32,000 nucleotides of DNA from a bacterium (GTDB taxonomy: Bacteria; UBP7; UBA6624; JBBIMK01). This document shows, in pieces, positions 17,210-24,671 of this stretch; the stretch's first letter is position 1, and the number at the start of each line of letters is the position of its first letter. Made by a program: the position numbers and the translations under genes. The stretch is taken from NCBI GenBank assembly GCA_037444445.1, contig JBBIMK010000007.1, positions 30,001 to 62,000 on the forward strand. Direction: 5' to 3'. Below the pieces are notes generated by a model. It had not been told where the DNA came from and did no database searches. It was given only the letters and a program-made list of their open reading frames with translations.

Positions 17210-20200
17210 ATGGACACGGATTTGGACATCTATGGGTTGTGGCGGGAAGAGAAACGAGATGTAACGGTGGTATTTGCTGATTTATCTGGATATTCCGAGA
17301 TGACAAGCCGGATGGATGTAGAAGATTTAGCCATGGCATTGAAAGAGACCCATCTGGAGTTATCGGCGATTAGCCATCGCTACGGGGGAATGGTCGCAAA
17401 GATTATTGGCGATTGTTTAATGGCTTTATACGGGGCTCCCATTTCAAAAGGGGATGAAATTTTACGCGGAATTTTCGCTGCGCTGGAAATGAAGCAATGG
17501 GTTGAAACCCGATGGGGAAAAAAGCAAAAACCCACAGGTATTAAATTTGGTATCAATCATGGGGTCGTCTTCACTGCTTCTCTGAAGGCGGGTCCCCTCA
17601 CCGATTTCACCGTATTAGGAGAGGCCGTGAACCTCGCCCATCAACTTCAAGAAATTGCCTCGCCGGGCCAAATCCTCATCCCGGAAACTCTGGTCAGTAA
17701 AGTAGAATCCACTTTTCAAGTCCACTATTGGAAATATATTACCCAGAAGGGAACCGGAAAAAGGGTTCGGGTATATGAAATCGCGGGAATAAAAAGAGGA
17801 GCAGACCAATTTCCTGTTCAGCCTCTCATCGGAAAAAAAATTGAACTCGGTTTTTGCGAATCCATTTTGATGAAAAGCCAGAAGGGAAAGGGGCAAGTCA
17901 TCGGGATTCTGGGTGGTGAAGGAACCGGGAAAAGGGTGCTGGCTTCCCATGTGATGAATTCTGCGCGAAAAGCAGGCTTCCGCACCAGCGGTGTGACAGG
18001 CTATCCCTTCCGCAAGACCCTCCCTTTCTGGACCATCTCACAACTTCTGTCAGGGCTTCTGGATGTGCCCACCTTGCAGACGAGCCTTACCCAGGATGAA
18101 TATAACCAGGTGTGTAAGGTGGCTTCCCGGACTGAATCCTCTCCTCCAGAACTGCAAGTAAATGCTGAACACAAAGGCATGCTTTTCACACTCTCCAAAA
18201 AAACCTTGATAATAGTTGCCGGGGACAAACCACTATTTTTAGTGGTCTCAGGCTACCACAACACGGATTCCCTCTCACAAGAATTTCTTAACTTTTTCAG
18301 TTACAGCCTGCCAAACCTGCCCATCTGCCTCCTGCTGACCTATCAGTCAGGAGTAGAAATCCCTTTTCGTGGCAAAGAATTCTTTTCGGAAATAACACTG
18401 CGAAACTGGGAGCAAAACGAAGTGATGGAAGCCATAAGGGTTTTCCTCCCGGGCGAGGAACCGAAAGAAGCCTTTGCAACAAAAGTTATGAGGTTAACCA
18501 ACGGGAACCCTTCAATGATAAGAAATTTTCTGAGTCAAATGCGTCAGTTTGACCTGAAGATAGAGGAGGTCATGGAAAAAGCAGAAAGCCTGGACCCGGA
18601 GTGGTTGAATGCTACCACGAGACTGGATGAATTATCCCAGAATGCTCGGGAAGTTCTGAACGCCGCCTCGGTGTTACCTCAGGAGTTTTCTTACCGCTTT
18701 CTCCAGAGCATACTTCCGCAAACGCTGGATTTGAGTCAGGTGTTATTAGAACTGTTAGAAAAGGATTTTTTGAAAGAGACTCGTTTTTCACCGGAACTTT
18801 GTTATTCTTTTCAAAACCAGGCGGTCAAGCGATTCGTGGAAAGCAGGTTATTGAAACATCAACTGAAGACACTTCATCTGGAGTCAGCAAAAGCGTTACT
18901 CAAATTATATCCCGAGAACCTGGAGGACCACTATTACGAGATAGCCTGTCACTATAAAAAGGCTGATGAGCCCGCAAAAGCCATAGAATATTTCATAGAG
19001 GCTGCAGAGGTAGCCCGGAAAAAATTTGCCATTCGGGAAGCGAAAGAATTGTTTGCCTCCGCCCATTCAGTTCTTAAAACCTCCCGTATCTCCATTTCCT
19101 ATTCTCTCCAGAGCCTGTTGTATAGCGGGTGTGCAGAAGTAGATAGAATTCTGGGAAACTTCAAAGAATCCAATGAAGATTACCAGACCCTCAGAAAACT
19201 GGCGCGAGAAAATGGGGACTCTTTCAATGAAATCCGGGCACTTTTGAAGTTAGGGGATAATTTCATGGACAAAGGAGACCTCCCATTGGCGGAGACGCTT
19301 TTTCAACAGGCTGCCGATGCTTGTGGCGAGTCTGACTTCCCTTCCCTCCGTGCCTATGCCCTCACGAAAATCGGTCGGGTACGCTATATGAAAGGGTTGA
19401 AAGAAGGAGTCAAAGACCTCCTTCTGAAGGGTTTAGAACTGGCGACAGGGGCAAACGACCGCCAAACGGAAGCCATGGCTCTGAATTATCTGGGGCTATA
19501 TCAGCGCCGTTTTGAATCTGCCGAAGAGGCTTTGCGCACCTTTGAACAGGCCTACCGCATCTATGAAGAAATGCATCACCCCCGAGGCATGGCAAATACT
19601 CTCCTGAATATCGGCATCGCTTATGAACATATTGGTGACCTGGAAAAAGATATGGAAGTCAACCAGAAAGCCTTGAAAATCTCTGAAGACATCGGAGATT
19701 TGTATACCATCGCTTCCTCATCCCATAATGTCGGCGTGATTCTACTGGATTCTGGAAAGCCCCGGGAGGCTCTTCCCTATCTACTGAAAAGCCTGGAGAT
19801 TCAAAAATCTATGGAAGATGTGCTTTCCCAATCCCTTACCCTGTCCAACATAGGTTACTGCTATTATCAGTTAGGAGAACTGGAAAAGGCAACCCGAGCA
19901 CATTCTGAAGGAATAGGACTGGCACGACAGGGAGGCTCTGCCTATTTCGCTCTGGATAATCAAATTGGACTTGCAGATGCCTACACAGCCGTCGGTCTAT
20001 ACGAAAAGGCAGAAAAAAAACTGGATGAAACTCTGAAAGAGGCTCAAAACCTTCAACAGGTGTTACTCTCTCTTAAGTCCATCCTCTCTCTGGCAGTATG
20101 CCTGATTCTCCAGGGCAAATGGGAAAAGGCAGAAACATTCTTGAATGAGAGAAAAGAGGACTTTGAGTTACAGGTTGAAAAAAAAGACTTGATGTTATAC

Positions 20201-20581
20201 ACCCTGTTGAAATCTATTCTTTTTTATGAATATCATCAGAACTCTGAAGAAAGCCGACAGTGGCTTCAACGAGCCTCTCAACTTTCCAAAGAATCTCAGA
20301 TTGGATACACACAATGCCAGGCAGGGATTCTCCAGTTTCTATATTTTGAAGAGAACACAATACCACAGGTGAACGCTCTGATAGAGCGGGGAGAATTCGC
20401 TCTGCTGAAGTTAGAAAAACTCACCGCAGAAGTTCAGGTGGCAAAGAGAAAAGAGAAAACTGAACAATACTTTCACCTCCTGCAGGAAGCGAAATATCTT
20501 CTCTACTCCCTCGCAAACAAGATAGAAAATCCCGGCTGGCGGGAAACTTTCATTACTACCCGGTTACGGCGCCTGGAATAA
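17210..20581 (+). CDS. Class III adenylate/guanylate cyclase domain - STAND/AAA-type NTPase-like module - TPR repeat protein
   Basis: 1123 aa. N-terminal VTVVFADLSGYS...KIIGDCLMALYGAP...GEAVNLA cyclase homology domain, P-loop-like GILGGEGTGKRVL, then about 550 aa of TPR-like repeats (for example ALNYLGLYQRRFESAEEALRTFEQAYRIYEE, LLNIGIAYEHIGDLEKD). Confidence 0.85.
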   Translation: MDTDLDIYGLWREEKRDVTVVFADLSGYSEMTSRMDVEDLAMALKETHLELSAISHRYGGMVAKIIGDCLMALYGAPISKGDEILRGIFAALEMKQWVETRWGKKQKPTGIKFGINHGVVFTASLKAGPLTDFTVLGEAVNLAHQLQEIASPGQILIPETLVSKVESTFQVHYWKYITQKGTGKRVRVYEIAGIKRGADQFPVQPLIGKKIELGFCESILMKSQKGKGQVIGILGGEGTGKRVLASHVMNSARKAGFRTSGVTGYPFRKTLPFWTISQLLSGLLDVPTLQTSLTQDEYNQVCKVASRTESSPPELQVNAEHKGMLFTLSKKTLIIVAGDKPLFLVVSGYHNTDSLSQEFLNFFSYSLPNLPICLLLTYQSGVEIPFRGKEFFSEITLRNWEQNEVMEAIRVFLPGEEPKEAFATKVMRLTNGNPSMIRNFLSQMRQFDLKIEEVMEKAESLDPEWLNATTRLDELSQNAREVLNAASVLPQEFSYRFLQSILPQTLDLSQVLLELLEKDFLKETRFSPELCYSFQNQAVKRFVESRLLKHQLKTLHLESAKALLKLYPENLEDHYYEIACHYKKADEPAKAIEYFIEAAEVARKKFAIREAKELFASAHSVLKTSRISISYSLQSLLYSGCAEVDRILGNFKESNEDYQTLRKLARENGDSFNEIRALLKLGDNFMDKGDLPLAETLFQQAADACGESDFPSLRAYALTKIGRVRYMKGLKEGVKDLLLKGLELATGANDRQTEAMALNYLGLYQRRFESAEEALRTFEQAYRIYEEMHHPRGMANTLLNIGIAYEHIGDLEKDMEVNQKALKISEDIGDLYTIASSSHNVGVILLDSGKPREALPYLLKSLEIQKSMEDVLSQSLTLSNIGYCYYQLGELEKATRAHSEGIGLARQGGSAYFALDNQIGLADAYTAVGLYEKAEKKLDETLKEAQNLQQVLLSLKSILSLAVCLILQGKWEKAETFLNERKEDFELQVEKKDLMLYTLLKSILFYEYHQNSEESRQWLQRASQLSKESQIGYTQCQAGILQFLYFEENTIPQVNALIERGEFALLKLEKLTAEVQVAKRKEKTEQYFHLLQEAKYLLYSLANKIENPGWRETFITTRLRRLE

Positions 20582-20600
20582 CCCTGAAGATTGTTATTCC
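20575..20600. terminator. Hairpin overlapping the cyclase gene stop codon
   Basis: GGAATAAC (20575-20582), 10-nt loop, GTTATTCC (20593-20600), followed on the plus strand by TTCTATC. This is the only structure in the 24-nt gap between convergent genes. Confidence 0.3.
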
Positions 20601-20605
20601 TTCTA

Positions 20606-20920
20606 TCAAGTTATCAGCAAATAAGTGCTCAGGGTGCCCTCGTGCTGTCCGCCGGAATAATGCTGTAAAGTGACTACATACTGACCCTTCGCTAATGCAG
20701 GAGGTTTACAGGTGACGGTGAGCGTGAACCCATCCTGAGTGCAGGTTCCGATGCTGACTGCGTCCTGTCCGTCAAATCGGATGCCGGTGATGGGACACAC
20801 CTTCTCATCCGTATTGAGGGAAACGGTGATTTTCAGCGGATTTGAGATGCTCCTGCTACCCCCATAAATGGCGGGAGCCCCATCCAGCGCCGGGCATATA
20901 GATACAGTTTGATAGCCCAT
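20606..20920 (-). CDS. Small cysteine-containing beta-rich protein, paralogue A (unknown family)
   Basis: 104 aa. ATG preceded by GGAGGTATAGAAA. No signal peptide or TM helix. Aligns over its full length with the ORF at 21061-21378. Confidence 0.7.
   Translation of the reverse strand: MGYQTVSICPALDGAPAIYGGSRSISNPLKITVSLNTDEKVCPITGIRFDGQDAVSIGTCTQDGFTLTVTCKPPALAKGQYVVTLQHYSGGQHEGTLSTYLLIT
20637..20662. repeat. 26-nt block identical to 21095-21120
   Basis: CCCTCGTGCTGTCCGCCGGAATAATG occurs at both positions. On the minus strand it encodes HYSGGQHEG in both paralogues. Confidence 0.9.
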
Positions 20921-21060
20921 TTTCTATACCTCCTCTTCCATATTTCTGCAAACTTTTCAGGCTTCAAATACGGACCGCAAGAGATTTCCTCTACCCCGCT
21001 TGAAGTTGCCTCCCGCTCTCATCGGTATTTTTCATCCTCCTGCGGAACTTTTCAGCTCCG

Positions 21061-21378
21061 TTACACCCCGGGAGTATAGGGGGTGCTTATAGTTCCCTCG
21101 TGCTGTCCGCCGGAATAATGAGCCACAGAAACAGCACACCCCTGACCGGGGGTCAACGGGGGAGGTTTGCAGAAGACGGTAACCTTGAGCCCGCTCTGGG
21201 TGCAATTTCCAATGCTAACTGCAGAGACCCCATTAAACTGGATGCAGGTGATAGGACACACGTTCTCAGAAGCATTGAGGGAAATGGTAATTTTTAAGGG
21301 ATTACCGGAGTCTCCACTAAAACCGTATTGAGCAGAGGCGCCATCCAGAGCTGGACACTTATTTCCCGGACAGGCCAT
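21061..21378 (-). CDS. Small cysteine-containing beta-rich protein, paralogue B (unknown family)
   Basis: 105 aa. ATG preceded by AAAGGAGGTGAAAAGAT. Shares CPALDG, NPLKIT, VCPIT, AVSIG, CTQ, CKPP and HYSGGQHEGT with paralogue A. Confidence 0.7.
   Translation of the reverse strand: MACPGNKCPALDGASAQYGFSGDSGNPLKITISLNASENVCPITCIQFNGVSAVSIGNCTQSGLKVTVFCKPPPLTPGQGCAVSVAHYSGGQHEGTISTPYTPGV
21095..21120. repeat. 26-nt block identical to 20637-20662
   Basis: Second copy of the same 26-mer, read directly from the sequence. Confidence 0.9.
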
Positions 21379-21542
21379 ATCTTTTCACCTCCTTTTCAAG
21401 AATTTTTGAATATCTCATCGCTCCATTCATTTCAATAATATCGCTTTCCTCAGTTCAGAATTGCTTCTCTCTGCACCGTCCGTAAACCTTTGTCCTGTCT
21501 CCCGCCTCATCCCAGTTTTCCCTTCCCACATCGGTATATAAA

Positions 21543-21572
21543 AGTATATGGAGGTAGAACGAAACTTGTCAA
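21543..21572 (-). promoter_or_regulatory. Sigma70-type promoter upstream of paralogue B
   Basis: On the minus strand: TTGACA (21572-21567), 18-nt spacer, TATACT (21548-21543). About 160 nt upstream of the ATG at 21378. Confidence 0.55.
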
Positions 21573-21680
21573 GTGAATTGTGATTGCTCCATCAAGATGT
21601 GGCATATTTTTCACTGCTATATATCATATTCCGATGTTTTCCGGTTTTCTTTTTTCAGGAACTTTGCCGAGAATCTGTGC

Positions 21681-21688
21681 GGGGGGGG
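21681..21688. repeat. G8 homopolymer tract (intergenic)
   Basis: GGGGGGGG, 20 nt downstream of the stop of the 319-aa gene. Confidence 0.9.
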
Positions 21689-21707
21689 ACTATATGGAAG
21701 ATTCGTA

Positions 21708-22667
21708 TCAGCCTTCTGTAAGGGACCTCTGGATAGCGATACTGGAAAAGAATACAGAGTTAGCGGTGAAGGATAACGACAGAGAGGTTGTATGGGTAAC
21801 CTTCAAAGTAATGGGAAAGATGAGGGTGCCCGTTCCGACAAGAGACCGGGCACCAGAAATTTCCACCGAGGAAGAGGGAAGGATATTCTCTAATCGGATT
21901 TCTGTGTTTGTAGATTCCGCGAAAAAATAAGCGGTAACCTGATATTCGCCGGGAGGGATGTCGGTAAGACGAAGAACCACAGCCGGTTGCGGAAGCACCG
22001 CTCGGTCAGCAGATGGTGAACCGGTTCCACCACGGAGGTAAACTCTCTTTTCACGAATGTAGCGCTCAAGATTATATTCACCACCGAGGTAAATCCCGTT
22101 CATTTCCAGTTCTGCACCCCTCACCTGAAGAAGGCGATTTTGCTCCGGAGCCGATTGAAGAGCGAAAGGTGTCAAAATAAGGGTATGCCCGGAGGGTTCC
22201 TGAGTGGGGGGGGCGGGCGGAGAAAGATTATCTCCCGGAGGAAGAGTTTCCGCCTTGCTTTCCCCGGGGTAAGAGAGAGAGAAAATGCCTTCTACCTCCT
22301 CTGCATCAGTAAAATTGATGAGGATGAGGCTCCAGGTGAAGCCCAGCTCCACCAGGTCAGAGGTGGCACGAGCGGTTACCTGATAGCGAGAACTTCCTCT
22401 GGACTTGCCCCGTACCTTTGTATGGTCAGGCTTCACCAGAAGAACCTGTAAAAGTTGACCCCTTTTTTTTAATAGAACCTCCGCCTGCACTTCCCCTGGC
22501 GACTTCACATCAAAGGAGTATTCCAGTCTCTCGCCCGTTCGCCCTCTCAATGTGAAGGGATGACTTTCCTGAACCGGAGAAGTTTCTACCGCCAGAGCCA
22601 ACAGGGGAGAAAACAAAATTCCGGGAAACAGGAAGAGCACCTTCCCTACCCTGCGCATTTTCATCAC
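21708..22667 (-). CDS. Secreted two-domain beta-rich protein, unknown function
   Basis: 319 aa. Sec-type signal peptide (MMKMRRVGKVLFLFPGILFSPLLALA / VETS). N-terminal ~115-aa domain whose pattern (GERLEYSFDVKSPGEVQAEVLL) recalls PPC-type beta-sandwiches. Pro-rich linker, then a second ~170-aa beta-rich domain. Confidence 0.7.
   Translation of the reverse strand: MMKMRRVGKVLFLFPGILFSPLLALAVETSPVQESHPFTLRGRTGERLEYSFDVKSPGEVQAEVLLKKRGQLLQVLLVKPDHTKVRGKSRGSSRYQVTARATSDLVELGFTWSLILINFTDAEEVEGIFSLSYPGESKAETLPPGDNLSPPAPPTQEPSGHTLILTPFALQSAPEQNRLLQVRGAELEMNGIYLGGEYNLERYIREKRVYLRGGTGSPSADRAVLPQPAVVLRLTDIPPGEYQVTAYFFAESTNTEIRLENILPSSSVEISGARSLVGTGTLIFPITLKVTHTTSLSLSFTANSVFFSSIAIQRSLTEG
22206..22213. 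repeat. G8/C8 homopolymer tract inside a coding region
   Basis: GGGGGGGG on plus. On minus it reads GCC CCC CCC ACT, encoding APPT in the Pro-rich linker of the 319-aa protein. Confidence 0.9.
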
Positions 22668-22757
22668 CCCCTGAACTTCTTTGCCTCACGAAGGATATTT
22701 TATCAAAATACCGCACAAAGAATCATCTGACAAAAAAAGGAGGTCTCGCTTTCAGGG

Positions 22758-22766
22758 TGATATAAT
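22758..22766 (+). promoter_or_regulatory. Extended -10 element TGATATAAT
   Basis: TG-A-TATAAT directly abutting the first ATG (22767). A second in-frame ATG lies at 22776. Confidence 0.4.
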
Positions 22767-23879
22767 ATGAAAGAAATGAGCGAATTCAATGAAAAACTTC
22801 AGCAACTCCTTGAAGTGAGTATTCAACTCACCTCAAAACTGGAGTCGGAGGCGTTATTTCAGAATATCTTATCTTCTGCGGTTTCGCTTTTGAACACAGA
22901 GGGAGGTTCCATCTATTTTTACGATGAAGCACGGCAGGTGCTTTCCTTCCAATATGTCATCACCACCCCTTCAGAGCTCGGGGAGCAACTGAAGAAATTT
23001 GAACTCAAACTGGGGGAAGGAGTGGTAGGAGCCTGCGCCCTGAAGAGAGAATCTATCTTGTTAGAGGATGCCCAGCGTGATAAGAGATTTTATCGCCAGA
23101 CTGACTTATTCACAGGATATATCACCCGAAATCTTCTAACCGTTCCGATGAAATATTACCATCCAGACCTGAAACAGGATGTGTTGGTAGGGGTTCTGCA
23201 GGTGGTCAATAAAAAAGATGGAGCCTTCCAGTCGGGGGATGTGCGGGTGCTGGAAACGCTGGCTTCCCAGGCGGCTATCCTCCTGGAGAGAAATCGTCTG
23301 TATTCATCCCTGCGGGAGCAGTTCCTTGGAACAATAGCGGCGCTGGCAGCCGCCGTAGATGCCCGGGACCCTTACACCCACGGTCATTCTATGCGTGTGG
23401 CAAAGTATGCCGTAAATCTGGCAAAAGCCATGATGAAAACTGAGAATGAACTCTTTGAGCTCCGCCTTTGCTGTCTTCTGCACGACATTGGTAAAATCGC
23501 CATTCCCGACCACATCCTGAAAAAAGCGGGGCGACTCTCCGAAGAGGAATTTGACACGATGAAAACTCATGTGGAAGAAGGGTATAAAATCCTGAAGCCC
23601 GTGAAACTTTCCCCAGAAATTCTGGGCGGAGTTCTTCACCATCATGAACGCTGGGACGGAGCCGGCTACCCTTCGGGATTAAAGGAAAAGGAAATCCCGG
23701 AATTTGGCAGGATTCTTGCCTTTGCCGACACGCTGGATGCGATGACCACTGACCGCCCCTACCGAAAGGGCAAAACATTCCCGGAAGCCCTGCAAGAAAT
23801 TATGAAAAATGCAGGTGGACAATTCGACCCCTTCATATCGGAAATTTTTCAGAAAGAATTCTTGAATATCATCCGTTGA
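22767..23879 (+). CDS. GAF domain - HD-GYP domain cyclic dinucleotide phosphodiesterase
   Basis: 370 aa. N-terminal GAF-like region, then HGHSMRVAKYA, LLHDIGKIAIPD and HHERWDGAGYP (HD-GYP signature). The true start may be the ATG at 22776. Confidence 0.9.
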   Translation: MKEMSEFNEKLQQLLEVSIQLTSKLESEALFQNILSSAVSLLNTEGGSIYFYDEARQVLSFQYVITTPSELGEQLKKFELKLGEGVVGACALKRESILLEDAQRDKRFYRQTDLFTGYITRNLLTVPMKYYHPDLKQDVLVGVLQVVNKKDGAFQSGDVRVLETLASQAAILLERNRLYSSLREQFLGTIAALAAAVDARDPYTHGHSMRVAKYAVNLAKAMMKTENELFELRLCCLLHDIGKIAIPDHILKKAGRLSEEEFDTMKTHVEEGYKILKPVKLSPEILGGVLHHHERWDGAGYPSGLKEKEIPEFGRILAFADTLDAMTTDRPYRKGKTFPEALQEIMKNAGGQFDPFISEIFQKEFLNIIR

Positions 23880-24592
23880 AAAACCTTTTCCTTTTCTGGC
23901 TGGCTATTCATCTGCTCACGGATTTCCTCCTCCAGACGAATTGGCTGGTCAATCTAAAACGAAACAGTAGAATTGGGACTCTGCTTCATGTTTCAATCTT
24001 CGCCATCCTCACAGTTCTATTTCTGCCCCTGCTATCGTCGGAGTATCGTCAGGGTCTCTTTGCCATCTCCATGCTATTAGCCGGGCTTCACTGGCTTCAG
24101 GACGAGATTCGTGTAGGATGGCTAAAAACATCGCCAGAAAAGGATAAATTAGGGTCTTTCCTTCTGGACCAGGTCAGTCACGTCTTACAACTTTTCCTTG
24201 CCACCATCTTCTATCCGGTTCCCGACTCTGCTTTCCCCTGGACCGCCGGTTATGCTCTCATCTTCAACGGCATCTTACTCACCGCTTCTGTCTTTCCTGC
24301 GCTGTTGTATTACACTCTCAGCACTTTCATCGGGGAGAAGAAAGAGTGTTTATACTCTTTCCCGTCCCGGGTCGTTTATGGCGTAATTGGAAGTGGATAT
24401 TTCCTGCTGTTCCTGTGCCCCTATCGTTATTTATTTCCTTTCGTCTTACTGGCACATCTCTGGGCTCAGGAGGCAGTGCAGAGAAAATATCCCCAGCCGC
24501 CGATACCCCTGTGGGGTTCGCTGGCAAGTGTAGCCTGGGCATCCTTCTGGAGCAGTGCCCTTCTTTACCTTCAGCGTCTTCTGGAACTCTAA
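23876..24592 (+). CDS. Polytopic membrane protein, DUF3307-like
   Basis: 238 aa, TTG start overlapping the HD-GYP stop (TTGA). N-terminal LAIHLLTDFLLQTNW resembles the H-x3-DF-x2-Q motif I associate with DUF3307. Several TM helices. Confidence 0.5.
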   Translation: MKNLFLFWLAIHLLTDFLLQTNWLVNLKRNSRIGTLLHVSIFAILTVLFLPLLSSEYRQGLFAISMLLAGLHWLQDEIRVGWLKTSPEKDKLGSFLLDQVSHVLQLFLATIFYPVPDSAFPWTAGYALIFNGILLTASVFPALLYYTLSTFIGEKKECLYSFPSRVVYGVIGSGYFLLFLCPYRYLFPFVLLAHLWAQEAVQRKYPQPPIPLWGSLASVAWASFWSSALLYLQRLLEL

Positions 24593-24671
24593 GATTTAAA
24601 ACACGAAGTTCAAAGTGATTTCAAAATCCCGGGTTCTGATGTTCAAAACAGGGTTGTATGAAGGAATGGCA

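Noticed and set aside
17210-20581. The cyclase-STAND protein as a Pycsar/CBASS/Avs-type antiphage system
   Set aside because: No cNMP-binding effector, nuclease, TIR, SIR2 or pore-forming gene is adjacent. The NTPase motifs look degenerate, and the context is housekeeping. Sequence alone cannot exclude it, but there is no positive evidence.
20606-21378. The small paralogues as RiPP or bacteriocin precursors
   Set aside because: Conservation runs over the full ~104 aa rather than showing a leader/core organisation. No modifying enzyme, dedicated protease or exporter is adjacent.
20921-21540. Short upstream ORFs opening at the conserved ATACCGATG in both paralogue leaders (21 and 34 codons)
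   Set aside because: The two leaders differ by an indel right after the ATG, so the peptides are not conserved (MRAGGNFKRG... versus MWEGKTGMRRE...). There is no SD. The conservation is at nucleotide level, not peptide level.
21580-21930. 116-aa plus-strand ORF (and 21573-21776) spanning the intergenic region and the 3' end of the 319-aa gene
   Set aside because: It has no SD and no motifs, and it overlaps the better-supported secreted protein gene. It is probably spurious, although the 135-nt intergenic stretch 21573-21707 remains unexplained.
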